Positions 1-7,923 of a DNA stretch of 64,000 nt are shown one piece after another. The stretch's first letter is position 1, and each line of letters begins with the position of its first letter. The notes under the pieces are model-generated. The model was not told where the DNA came from and did not search any database. It saw only the letters and a list, made by a program, of their open reading frames with translations. A program made the translations under genes and the position numbers. The DNA comes from Paludibacteraceae bacterium. Lineage in GTDB: Bacteria; Bacteroidota; Bacteroidia; Bacteroidales; Paludibacteraceae. Location of the stretch: contig JAFWOU010000029.1 in NCBI GenBank assembly GCA_017509715.1, positions 127,838-191,837 of the forward strand. The letters are read 5' to 3'.

Positions 1-764
1 ATCGCGATTTCTATCCGTTGATGTTTGCCGATGATGTGCGAATATACATAGCCGGATATGTGAGTAACGAGGAAGAACCGGATAATGTTCATGGTGGCGT
101 GAAGGCAGTACGCGAAGTGGTGACAAAGATCCTTAATGATGGTTATACAACTAACATCATTGGTATCATTGACCGAGATTACTATGAGTATCGAGCCGAA
201 GGAGATGAGACGGGAGCGGATCATACAGGGCATATATTTAAGACAGATTATCGTGATTTGGAGATGACTTTATTCACATTATCATCTGCATGGTCTGCAA
301 TCACGTCTTTACCGGAATTTACAACTACTATTTATTCCGATTGGGAACTCGTTATTCGTCATTTGGGAGCTATTCGTGTTGCTAATAGGCATTGCAGTGT
401 ATATGAGCATTTTGATATTTCGGTAGGAAACTTATTTGATTGTCACACACGTGCTTTGATTCCCGATTGGCAAGAGATAGCATGGTCGATGGCTCAAAAG
501 GAATGTAGCAAAAGTCTTGAAAAAAGTATGCTAACCATTGTGGAAAATCGTTTCCACTTATCAACGTCACATATGGCGTCATACGCTCGCGGACATGATG
601 CGTTTAAGTTATTAGCAATCATGCTGCTTAAAGATTATACAGAGAAGAAATTGGTTGAGTTGATGATTAACCATTGTAGTTTTGAAGACTGCAAATCTCT
701 ACAACTATATCGTGATATTGCGGCATGGGAAACGACGCATGTGAAGATGTTGAGGAGTGCTTGA
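1..764 (+). CDS. DUF4435/TOPRIM-like protein, AriB-like paralogue; 5' end lies outside the window
   Basis: The frame is open to the left edge with no in-frame stop from nt 3. The C-terminus aligns with the 5232..6074 protein (LYRDIAAWETTHVKML vs LYADIAGWEASHVRIL; IIDRDYYEY vs IKDADFDRA). Confidence 0.55.
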   Translation, partial: RDFYPLMFADDVRIYIAGYVSNEEEPDNVHGGVKAVREVVTKILNDGYTTNIIGIIDRDYYEYRAEGDETGADHTGHIFKTDYRDLEMTLFTLSSAWSAITSLPEFTTTIYSDWELVIRHLGAIRVANRHCSVYEHFDISVGNLFDCHTRALIPDWQEIAWSMAQKECSKSLEKSMLTIVENRFHLSTSHMASYARGHDAFKLLAIMLLKDYTEKKLVELMINHCSFEDCKSLQLYRDIAAWETTHVKMLRSA

Positions 765-832
765 TGGCGAAAAGATATATAAAAAAGTGACGCAGACAAA
801 TGTCTACGCCACTTCTTTTTTGAGCGCTACGA

Positions 833-1219
833 TTAGCTTCGCGGATGCTCTTGGTCGTAAGCCGCACCCTCTACCATCCAGTACCAAGCCTTGAGCGTCT
901 TCTTGCCTCCGGCGAGGTCCTTCTGCGCGATGAAGGCTTGCTGGTCGTTCGTGATCTTGCTCAGATCCTTACTACGATCGCTGACAGCCGCTGCAATCGA
1001 TGCAAAGCGTACGCGTGCATACAACTCACGGGTGCTCGGTGCCGTACTGCGCTCTACTTTCTTACGCATATAGATGCGGTTGCAGTTCGGATTCTCGGTT
1101 GCTGCTACGCGGTGCGTACCAAGCAGCATTTTTGCGCAGCTGTGCTGTCCGTTCTTACCGGGTTTACTCAATGCACCGGATACACTATCGATACCGGCGC
1201 TCCATTCTACTTTTGCCAT
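833..1219 (-). CDS. small conserved hypothetical protein (paralogue family A)
   Basis: 128-aa ORF. It shares a core (Y-x-R ... T/S ... R-x-R-F-A) with the 2494..2835 and 8157..8348 products. The overlapping plus-strand ORFs look like shadows. Confidence 0.5.
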   Translation of the reverse strand: MAKVEWSAGIDSVSGALSKPGKNGQHSCAKMLLGTHRVAATENPNCNRIYMRKKVERSTAPSTRELYARVRFASIAAAVSDRSKDLSKITNDQQAFIAQKDLAGGKKTLKAWYWMVEGAAYDQEHPRS

Positions 1220-1280
1220 AATTCTAAAAATTTTTGTTAAGGTTTAAATTTAATTGTTTAGTTCATTTTTTTATTTCTCT

Positions 1281-1715
1281 CTATGTAAAGGAAAACATCG
1301 CTTCGCTCTCAAGAAAACGAGGAATTGATAGTCGCTCAACAGCGCCTTCTCGGAATCGTTCCATAGTCTGCTTGTGAGCAAGCTCCCAGACAGTCTATAG
1401 ACCTATTCCGCATAGTACCGATGATATAATCGTTACTACCAATTCCTCATAAGAAAACATGCGGAAAACAACCATGCGGACAGTATGTGAATATTATCTA
1501 CAATCGTTTTCTTCCCGGTTTTCGGCTCTTCTATAGACAGCGATGAGGACATATAGCAGGTACTCTGCGAGTGGAAGTGGTTAGTAGGTCGTCTGGGAGT
1601 CTCGCTCACAAGCGAACTAATATGCAGTTACACTCAAGGGCGTGTAGCCCAGGATGTCAAATCGGTAGTTATAGAAGATGTTTTCCTAAAAGCGAAGCGC
1701 GTTTTCCTTTAAATA
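1281..1715. repeat. nested inverted-repeat element, copy 1 (candidate structured RNA or recombination substrate)
   Basis: Outer arms are aaggaaaacatcgcttcgct (1288-1307) and agcgaagcgcgttttcctt (1691-1709). Inner arms are cttgtgagcaagctcccagac (1371-1391) and gtctgggagtctcgctcacaag (1591-1612). It contains no ORF. A second copy lies at 7490-7923. Confidence 0.6.
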
Positions 1716-1719
1716 AAGA

Positions 1720-1899
1720 TCACTTTTTGACGCCCTGATACTCTTCGACTGTCTTAGTCGAGATAGTAGTCGTCACTTTGGATGAGTCACCTACTTGCGT
1801 GTAGGTAGATGTGGTACTGATGGTGCGCCATGCCTTACAGGACGTGAGGCCCATCGCCACTGCTCCGAGTAGGAGCATTACAACAATTACTTTTCTCAT
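1720..1899 (-). CDS. small lipoprotein (59 aa, below the ORF-track cutoff)
   Basis: Hand translation gives MRKVIVVMLLLGAVAMGLTSC..., a signal peptide plus lipobox LTSC. Its ATG overlaps the stop of the upstream gene (ATGA at 1896-1899). Confidence 0.4.
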   Translation of the reverse strand: MRKVIVVMLLLGAVAMGLTSCKAWRTISTTSTYTQVGDSSKVTTTISTKTVEEYQGVKK

Positions 1900-2096
1900 G
1901 ATCGTTTTTTGTTTTTGTAATTGTAGGTGTAATCGATGCCGAACAACGCACCGGAGAAGGTGGCTACTTCACCAAATCCGACGAGAAGCGATTCGTGTAT
2001 CTCTCCTTCTGGTGCGATGAACGTCCCGATGAACAGCAGCACTATGCCACCTACTGACAGCACTGCTGCGGTGATTAACTGAATATTCAATTTCAT
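1896..2096 (-). CDS. small membrane protein (holin-like size)
   Basis: The internal ATG at 2096 gives MKLNIQLITAAVLSVGGIVLLFIGTF... with two hydrophobic segments. It is translationally coupled to the lipoprotein ORF. Confidence 0.45.
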   Translation of the reverse strand: MKLNIQLITAAVLSVGGIVLLFIGTFIAPEGEIHESLLVGFGEVATFSGALFGIDYTYNYKNKKRS

Positions 2097-2230
2097 TTTC
2101 TCATGAATTTGCGCAGCATCTGACTCCCTATTTTTTGAAAGTGGAACGCAGTGAAACGTTTTTTGAGAGGAATCAACGATTCCGTTTTTTTGTAAACACA
2201 CAACACCTCTGATTATTTTTGATATTTTTG

Positions 2231-2353
2231 CATCAATAGCAGGTACATCTTCGATGTGAGGATTCGTTAGTAGCAGACTATCTGTAAGCTTGTTTACAAG
2301 TAGGCTGGTAGTAATGAATACTCATGGCGTTGCAAACGCAACTGGTATTGATG
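2231..2353 (-). ncRNA. ~120-nt conserved hairpin element, copy 1 of 5 (candidate ncRNA or leader)
   Basis: The terminal stem is catcaatagcag / ctggtattgatg and the internal hairpin is acatc-ttc-gatgt. It is homologous to 9629-9746, 10558-10679, 36067-36180 and 43596-43747. It points the same way as the flanking genes. Confidence 0.35.
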
Positions 2354-2493
2354 TATTTTCGGTATATTTTTCTTTATCTGAATAATAGCCGTTGTGTGTG
2401 CTTTTTTGGTTACTGAAAATGTTTTCGTTGTTTTCTCGCGAAGCGTGTTTTCTGTGTCGTTTTCCTTTAAATATAAGGAGTCAAGCCGCATGG

Positions 2494-2835
2494 TTAGCCT
2501 CCAATCAGATCACCGCTTGCATCGTACTGATCGTTCAGCTTGTGCATCGCATAGCCAAACAACGAACCGTACTTGGTTTGGGACTTGTACTCAGCCACCA
2601 GTTGCGTCTTCTGCTCGCTCGATCCGGCTAGGATAGCGCGGACAGCGGTGGTTACTTTGGCGAAGCGCGCCTTAGCCGCAGTCTGCGAAGCAGACGGTTC
2701 CTTGGTGGATGGGTTACACAACTTACCGGTATAGACTTTGCCGGTACGTTTGTTGGTGCGGAAGTACACATCGCTGTGCTCACACACCTTTTTCTTCATG
2801 CTCTCAATCAGAGCCATAGGTTTGATTTCAGCCAT
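2494..2835 (-). CDS. small conserved hypothetical protein (paralogue family A)
   Basis: 113-aa ORF. The segment VYFRTNKRTG...AAKARFAKVTTAV aligns with the 833..1219 and 8157..8348 products. Confidence 0.55.
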   Translation of the reverse strand: MAEIKPMALIESMKKKVCEHSDVYFRTNKRTGKVYTGKLCNPSTKEPSASQTAAKARFAKVTTAVRAILAGSSEQKTQLVAEYKSQTKYGSLFGYAMHKLNDQYDASGDLIGG

Positions 2836-2873
2836 TTGAAATAGTTAGGGTTTAAGTTTAACAATAATATTTT

Positions 2874-3245
2874 CTAAGCATCGCAAATCTCAAGCCGGAT
2901 CTCTTCGTGAGCCGATTGCTCAGCGAGCCAACGAGCCGTTAAACTCTGCTCATCGGAGCCGCTGATAAGGATACAGCCTTTACTGTGCTCAGGGCGAGTG
3001 CCTCTATGAAACCGGATGCCGCTTCTGCCGGGTACTTGCCGAACGATGGGAAGGAGCCGCTTGAACTTCGGAGATTGCGTTACACCCACTCCGTATATCA
3101 ACGCAGGTATGATATAATCCGCATTCTCCAGCGTGTCGCAGATCGGGATGAGCACTTCCTCAAATCTACTTTCCGTAGCCAGAAACAGTCTCCCTCTCAC
3201 TGCCTTTCCATTCGCCGGCATTCTAATCAATTTGTAATATGCCAT
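2874..3245 (-). CDS. small YkuD-motif (L,D-transpeptidase catalytic-like) protein
   Basis: 123-aa ORF. The segment GIRFHRGTRPEHSKGCILI matches the His ... Ser-x-Gly-Cys arrangement of L,D-transpeptidase/peptidase folds. Confidence 0.45.
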   Translation of the reverse strand: MAYYKLIRMPANGKAVRGRLFLATESRFEEVLIPICDTLENADYIIPALIYGVGVTQSPKFKRLLPIVRQVPGRSGIRFHRGTRPEHSKGCILISGSDEQSLTARWLAEQSAHEEIRLEICDA

Positions 3246-3378
3246 AATTTATGTATTTAGTTATCCTTATAATTAATCGAAACGTAAACCAATGTAATGT
3301 TTGCGGTTCGAAGAGGAGGAATTGAGACAATTTTACGAATTACGTAGTAATGATGTCATTGATCTCCAATTCCGACGA

Positions 3379-3410
3379 CAAAGATACATATAAAAAGAGC
3401 GAAATGCAAG
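3379..3410 (-). promoter_or_regulatory. Bacteroides-type promoter (minus strand): CTTG-N20-TAtcTTTG
   Basis: Plus-strand caaagata at 3379-3386 is the reverse complement of TATCTTTG. caag at 3407-3410 lies 20 nt away. It is part of a module repeated at 12034-12065. Confidence 0.5.
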
Positions 3411-3527
3411 CGTTTTAAGGTTGGAGTGTTACGTACAGTCGGATTTTGTGTTAGATAGTCCAAATTGAGCGGAAAATGAGAGAAACGACTGCAAAATTGG
3501 AGAAAATCACATTTTTTTTGTTAAAAT

Positions 3528-3559
3528 TTTGTTTATGTCCAAAAATTTTTGTATCTTTG
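3528..3559 (+). promoter_or_regulatory. Bacteroides-type promoter: TTTG-N20-TAtcTTTG
   Basis: TTTG lies at 3528-3531 and TATCTTTG at 3552-3559. The ATG of the HNH gene is 29 nt downstream. Confidence 0.65.
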
Positions 3560-3587
3560 CACGCTGAATTGTGCAAAGCGAGATACA

Positions 3588-3947
3588 ATGGATGAAGAAC
3601 TTATACAAAGGATATGGGAGAAGGGGACGATTGTACCCAATTATGACCCCAATTTGTTCCGCCAAGATGCTGCCGGAGCGTGGATAGCTCGTGCAGAGTG
3701 GGGGAATGTTCATAGTCCATTAGGATGGGAGGTTGACCATATCTATCCACAATCGAAAGGAGGAACGGATGAGTTATTTAACCTACGTCCGATGCAGTGG
3801 GAAAATAATCGCAGTAAAGGCGATGATTACCCTCGTTATGTAGCGAAAATTGTCTCGAAAGAAAATCGTAATGTAGAAGAGTATACGCCATGTATGGTGG
3901 CGCAAGCAATACAAGAACTAATAGCATCCCATTATGGAAATCATTAA
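3588..3947 (+). CDS. small HNH endonuclease
   Basis: The segment GWEVDHIYPQSKGGTDELFNLRPMQWENNRSKGD carries the H-N-N(H) motif. The start was moved to the first ATG after the promoter. The stop overlaps the next gene by 14 nt. Confidence 0.7.
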   Translation: MDEELIQRIWEKGTIVPNYDPNLFRQDAAGAWIARAEWGNVHSPLGWEVDHIYPQSKGGTDELFNLRPMQWENNRSKGDDYPRYVAKIVSKENRNVEEYTPCMVAQAIQELIASHYGNH

Positions 3948-5226
3948 ACGATTAGATGTAAAGGGTCTTTATGGCTTTTACGACTATTCAATAGATTGTG
4001 CGACCGGAGAACATGTGAAGATTTTAACCGGTCCGAATGGTTATGGTAAGACAACGCTATTGCAGATGATTCACCATTTGCTTGGCGCAGACTTTTGGTA
4101 TTTCTATACGATACCATTTTTGTCGTTTGAGTTGGAATTAGCCAATGGTCGTCGATTCATACTGAAGAAACTTAAGGAAGCGGAAGATTCGGAGGTGGCT
4201 CAAGCATCGATGTCGAATCCTTTGCAGGTGACTTATTTTGAGGGCGAAAAACAGATTGAGCAATATCAGATAGTGCATAATTATATTGATTATCTCAAGA
4301 TTAAAGTCAATTGGAATCAATTACAGAATCAATTGTTTGTAAGTGGAATGAGTTGGGAAGACTTCTTGAAGCAGTATTATCATGCCAATGAAGATCAGTA
4401 CTTACAACAGAAAGGTCCTAACACATTAATGGCTTTACAGGTTGGTCATGCATCTTTGAGTATTGCACGACTTACGCAAGGGCATGTTGATACGCTTATG
4501 CCTAATGGAATGCCATTTAAACGCTATGTGGCTTCGACAGTTGAAGTAAATAATCATCTGCGTAATGAAGATTTTCGTAAGGCGCTTGCAATGTATAATG
4601 AGGTAAGTCAACGATTGGATGCATCGTATATCAAACGTTTGACAGAGATAAAGCCAGAACGGCCTCAAGATGTTGAAATTCAGCAGAAGCGATTGAATGA
4701 GTTGCGTGTTCGTATGGAGCGGATGGCTAAATATGGTTTGACCAAGACAGAGGAGATGATAGATACGATACCGCAGCAGTATTCGGGGACGATTGAACTA
4801 TACATACAAGATACGCAGCAGAAATTAGATGTTATAGAGCCATTTTATAGAAAACTACGTAAATTTGATGACTTGATCAATAGTCGCGCTTTAGCTCATA
4901 AGAAAATGCTATTGTCTCCCAAGGGATTGGTGCTGAAGGATGAGAATAATGTAGAGGTTCCGTTGACGGGATTATCCAGCGGTGAGCAGCATTTGCTGAT
5001 ATTATTCTATCATCTTATCTTCCAGACTCAACCCAATAGTGTTATCTTCATAGATGAGCCTGAGATGTCTATGCATCCGGCATGGTTGGAGGGAATGTTG
5101 CGTGATTTCAAGGAAATCGCTCAGATGAACAAGTTCCAGATTATCTTTGCGACCCATTCTGTGGCATTCATTGATGGCCAATGGAACTTGTCCGACGATT
5201 TGTACAAGTTGCATCGTAAGGCGTAA
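3934..5226 (+). CDS. ariA: ABC-type (AAA_15/21-like) ATPase, AriA-like
   Basis: It has Walker A GPNGYGKTTLLQ, signature LSSGEQ, Walker B VIFIDEPEMSMHP and ATHS. A long helical insertion lies between the lobes. A DUF4435 gene follows immediately. Confidence 0.6.
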   Translation: MEIIKRLDVKGLYGFYDYSIDCATGEHVKILTGPNGYGKTTLLQMIHHLLGADFWYFYTIPFLSFELELANGRRFILKKLKEAEDSEVAQASMSNPLQVTYFEGEKQIEQYQIVHNYIDYLKIKVNWNQLQNQLFVSGMSWEDFLKQYYHANEDQYLQQKGPNTLMALQVGHASLSIARLTQGHVDTLMPNGMPFKRYVASTVEVNNHLRNEDFRKALAMYNEVSQRLDASYIKRLTEIKPERPQDVEIQQKRLNELRVRMERMAKYGLTKTEEMIDTIPQQYSGTIELYIQDTQQKLDVIEPFYRKLRKFDDLINSRALAHKKMLLSPKGLVLKDENNVEVPLTGLSSGEQHLLILFYHLIFQTQPNSVIFIDEPEMSMHPAWLEGMLRDFKEIAQMNKFQIIFATHSVAFIDGQWNLSDDLYKLHRKA

Positions 5227-5231
5227 GGGTT

Positions 5232-6074
5232 ATGGGTGGATTACAGGAAACAGAGGAAAGACATTCTACGTTTGTAGATAATCTGCGGCTGGAATGGCAA
5301 TCTGACCAGTATTATGGCAAGCATATAGTGCTGGTGGAAGGAGAGGATGATGTGACATTCTACAGCAAGTTGTTCCAAAACAATTGCTTAGTTAAACCTA
5401 CATTCGGTTGTGCTAAGTTGATAGAGTATCACCAAGATATGGATGCAGCATGGACAGAGTCGTGTCATATAGCTATTAAGGATGCAGATTTTGATCGCGC
5501 CAATGGAGCGTTGATTAGCATGTCTGGTTTCTTCTATACGGATAGTCATGACCATGAGATGATGGCGGCCAGTTCGAACTCCTTTATGACTGAGTTGCTT
5601 GGAACATGTGGTTGCACCAGCAGTGTTGCGGCAGTGCAGAATGCCATATTTGCGGATTTGCGTGTGCTATCCACATTCAAGTGGTATAACTACACCGAGC
5701 ACACTCATTTGAGTTGTGATAGCGGAGTAGATATTGTAGGCGCAAGGGTACAGAATATGCAGAATCCAGCATGGTTGTTGGCACAATATCAGAGTGCTAA
5801 AGACAATAGGACACCCGGAAAAGTAATTACGGCATCGGTAGCGGATTATCAGGCATTTGCTGTTTCGCATAGTACGAACGATTATGATTTGACGAATGGT
5901 CATGATTTCTTTAAACGATTATGCGGAGGAGTGAATGGGACAGTGCATAAGCAGAATTATAAAGAAATCAATAAACGTGTGCAGACTGGTTATCAAGTAC
6001 AACATTTTCGTCCGACACAGTTATATGCCGATATTGCCGGATGGGAGGCTAGTCATGTGAGAATACTGAAATAA
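5232..6074 (+). CDS. ariB: DUF4435/TOPRIM-like protein, AriB-like
   Basis: VLVEGEDDVTFY and IKDADFDR are acidic motifs typical of DUF4435. It starts 5 nt after the ATPase stop. Confidence 0.6.
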   Translation: MGGLQETEERHSTFVDNLRLEWQSDQYYGKHIVLVEGEDDVTFYSKLFQNNCLVKPTFGCAKLIEYHQDMDAAWTESCHIAIKDADFDRANGALISMSGFFYTDSHDHEMMAASSNSFMTELLGTCGCTSSVAAVQNAIFADLRVLSTFKWYNYTEHTHLSCDSGVDIVGARVQNMQNPAWLLAQYQSAKDNRTPGKVITASVADYQAFAVSHSTNDYDLTNGHDFFKRLCGGVNGTVHKQNYKEINKRVQTGYQVQHFRPTQLYADIAGWEASHVRILK

Positions 6075-6125
6075 TGTTAATCCTGCATACGATGGTATGT
6101 GGGATTTTTTGTTAATAGTATTGAT

Positions 6126-7004
6126 ATGGAAGTTACGCAAGAGAATCGGTTTGATATAGCACCAGAGACGAAGTTGTGGCGATACATGAGTTTTGCCAAG
6201 TTTGCGGCGTTGCTGCATGACAAGCAATTGGTACTATCGCCATTACATATGTTCGAAGATCCGTTTGAAGGAGCAGGAGGAAAGGCTTGTAATATGGAGA
6301 AATTAGGTGATGCTATTATTGATACCTTTCATTCTTTGGATAGTGCGAAAGATGGGATCGAAGAGTTGGAAGCGCGAAATATTGGTATTGACAAACAGAA
6401 AGAGGTAGCTAGGCTTTGGTTAAAAGTGGGAGATGATTATGGTCATGTCAATAGGATGTATACGTTTGTCAATTGTTGGCACGAGAATGAGACAGAATCG
6501 GAGGCGATGTGGAAGTTATATACCGCTCATCAACCGGAAGGAGTGGCTATACAGACTACATACGGAGCTTTGAGGAAGGCGATAAATCAGCCGGAGATTC
6601 AGATAGGTCGAATAACGTATGAGAACTTTGATGTGGCATTTATGCCAGGTGATTCATACGGATGGTATAAGCGTAAGTCGTTTGAACATGAGCGAGAGGT
6701 ACGAGTGATGATAGAACCGGATGATCCTGAACATCTAAAGCAAATTGAGGATGCCTACAAAAAGAAGCATCAAGTGCGTATTTCGTTAGATGTGGATATA
6801 AAAGCATTGGTGGAGAATGTATTTGTATCACCATATGCAAATGATTGGTTTAAAGAGCTTGTGGAGAAAGAAATGAAGGCATGTGGACTTGATAAACCGG
6901 TGGTGTATTCTAAAATGAATGAACAAGCATTATTTTTCTTCTCTCGAAGGCAGCTGCGTCAGATGTGGAAAAGTACGCTGGAAGGTAAGAATCTAAATAA
7001 ATGA
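6126..7004 (+). CDS. DUF2971-like protein
   Basis: LWRYMSFAKFAALLHDKQLVLSPLHMFEDPFEG, FVNCWHENETESEAMWKLY and FEHEREVRV resemble the DUF2971 motif set. The start was moved to the ATG at 6126. Confidence 0.5.
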   Translation: MEVTQENRFDIAPETKLWRYMSFAKFAALLHDKQLVLSPLHMFEDPFEGAGGKACNMEKLGDAIIDTFHSLDSAKDGIEELEARNIGIDKQKEVARLWLKVGDDYGHVNRMYTFVNCWHENETESEAMWKLYTAHQPEGVAIQTTYGALRKAINQPEIQIGRITYENFDVAFMPGDSYGWYKRKSFEHEREVRVMIEPDDPEHLKQIEDAYKKKHQVRISLDVDIKALVENVFVSPYANDWFKELVEKEMKACGLDKPVVYSKMNEQALFFFSRRQLRQMWKSTLEGKNLNK

Positions 7005-7011
7005 ATAAGTT

Positions 7012-7488
7012 ATGAGAATTGATGAAGTAAAAGATATGCTTCCGCAGAAGCCGGAGAGGATGGAGAGTGTAGAGGAGCCGAAGAGGAGTGAGTTGGTGAA
7101 GGCGAGCTATGATTTGATTGGTTGCTTGCATGAGGTGTATAAGGAGTTGGGGGCAGGGTTGCCGGAGTATATCTACCAAGAAGCTGTGGCGAAGGTGCTG
7201 AAGGCGAAGGGATTGGTGTTTCACAAAGAGATGAAGTTCCATCCTACATTTATGGGAGAACAGTTGGAATCATACATCAAGATGGATTTGGTGGTAGAAT
7301 CACCGGCTGGAAACACCATCGTGGAGTGCAAGGCTTTGACGCAGCTCACGGAGAAAGAGCACTATCAGACCTTTGGCTATCTGCGTGCCACCAAGTTCCC
7401 GATTGCTATTCTCGTTAACTTCGGCACGGATAGGCGAGCGCAGATAGAGCGCTTCCACTACGCTGATAACAAACTCTATGTTTTCTGA
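7012..7488 (+). CDS. GxxExxY protein (PD-(D/E)XK-like; family often encoded in 23S rRNA intervening sequences)
   Basis: It has GAGLPEYIYQEA (the GxxExxY motif) and a DLVVE...VECK nuclease-like core. Confidence 0.7.
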   Translation: MRIDEVKDMLPQKPERMESVEEPKRSELVKASYDLIGCLHEVYKELGAGLPEYIYQEAVAKVLKAKGLVFHKEMKFHPTFMGEQLESYIKMDLVVESPAGNTIVECKALTQLTEKEHYQTFGYLRATKFPIAILVNFGTDRRAQIERFHYADNKLYVF

Positions 7489-7489
7489 T

Positions 7490-7923
7490 GTTTACCGAAA
7501 ACCTCGGCAGTACGGCCCACATGGCCTGAATGTAATCACCTAACCACGTGCTCGTGAGCAAGCTCCCAGCACGTACTTATCTGCTTACCTTCCAGTCCGA
7601 TATGAATATCGTACTACTGCCTCTCTAGAAAACTAGATAAGAAAACCTTACTTTCACGCAAATATGGCAACCACCATATTTTTCATCGCGTGAAAAGACA
7701 AAATCAGATGGTTGTCTGATTTTCGAGGGAATAGGGGAGGAGAATCGTTTTCTTGGACTGAAAGTCGTTTTCTTATGAGGCATCCGGCAGAGTAGCTGCT
7801 CACACAACGAATCCCCAAACTATCTGGGAGACTTGCTCACAAGTAGAGTGGGGATTGGTTGAGGGTAAGTCACTGTTAAGTGACTGGGATGCCGTGTTTT
7901 CGGTTTAAAATGGTTTTCGGTTA
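7490..7923. repeat. nested inverted-repeat element, copy 2
   Basis: Outer arms are taccgaaaacc (7493-7503) and ggttttcggtta (7912-7923). Inner arms are ctcgtgagcaagctcccag (7551-7569) and ctgggagacttgctcacaag (7824-7843). The junction sequences and a 14-nt motif indicate inverted orientation relative to copy 1. Confidence 0.6.

Noticed and set aside
1371-1612. Invertible promoter (inverton) of the Bacteroides capsule type: 20-bp inverted repeats about 200 bp apart.
   Set aside because: No TAnnTTTG -7 box with a TTTG 20 nt away is present in either orientation inside 1392-1590 or 7570-7823. No recombinase gene is nearby. The arms do not resemble the known Mpi-type repeat core. Inversion is kept only as an alternative reading in the finding.
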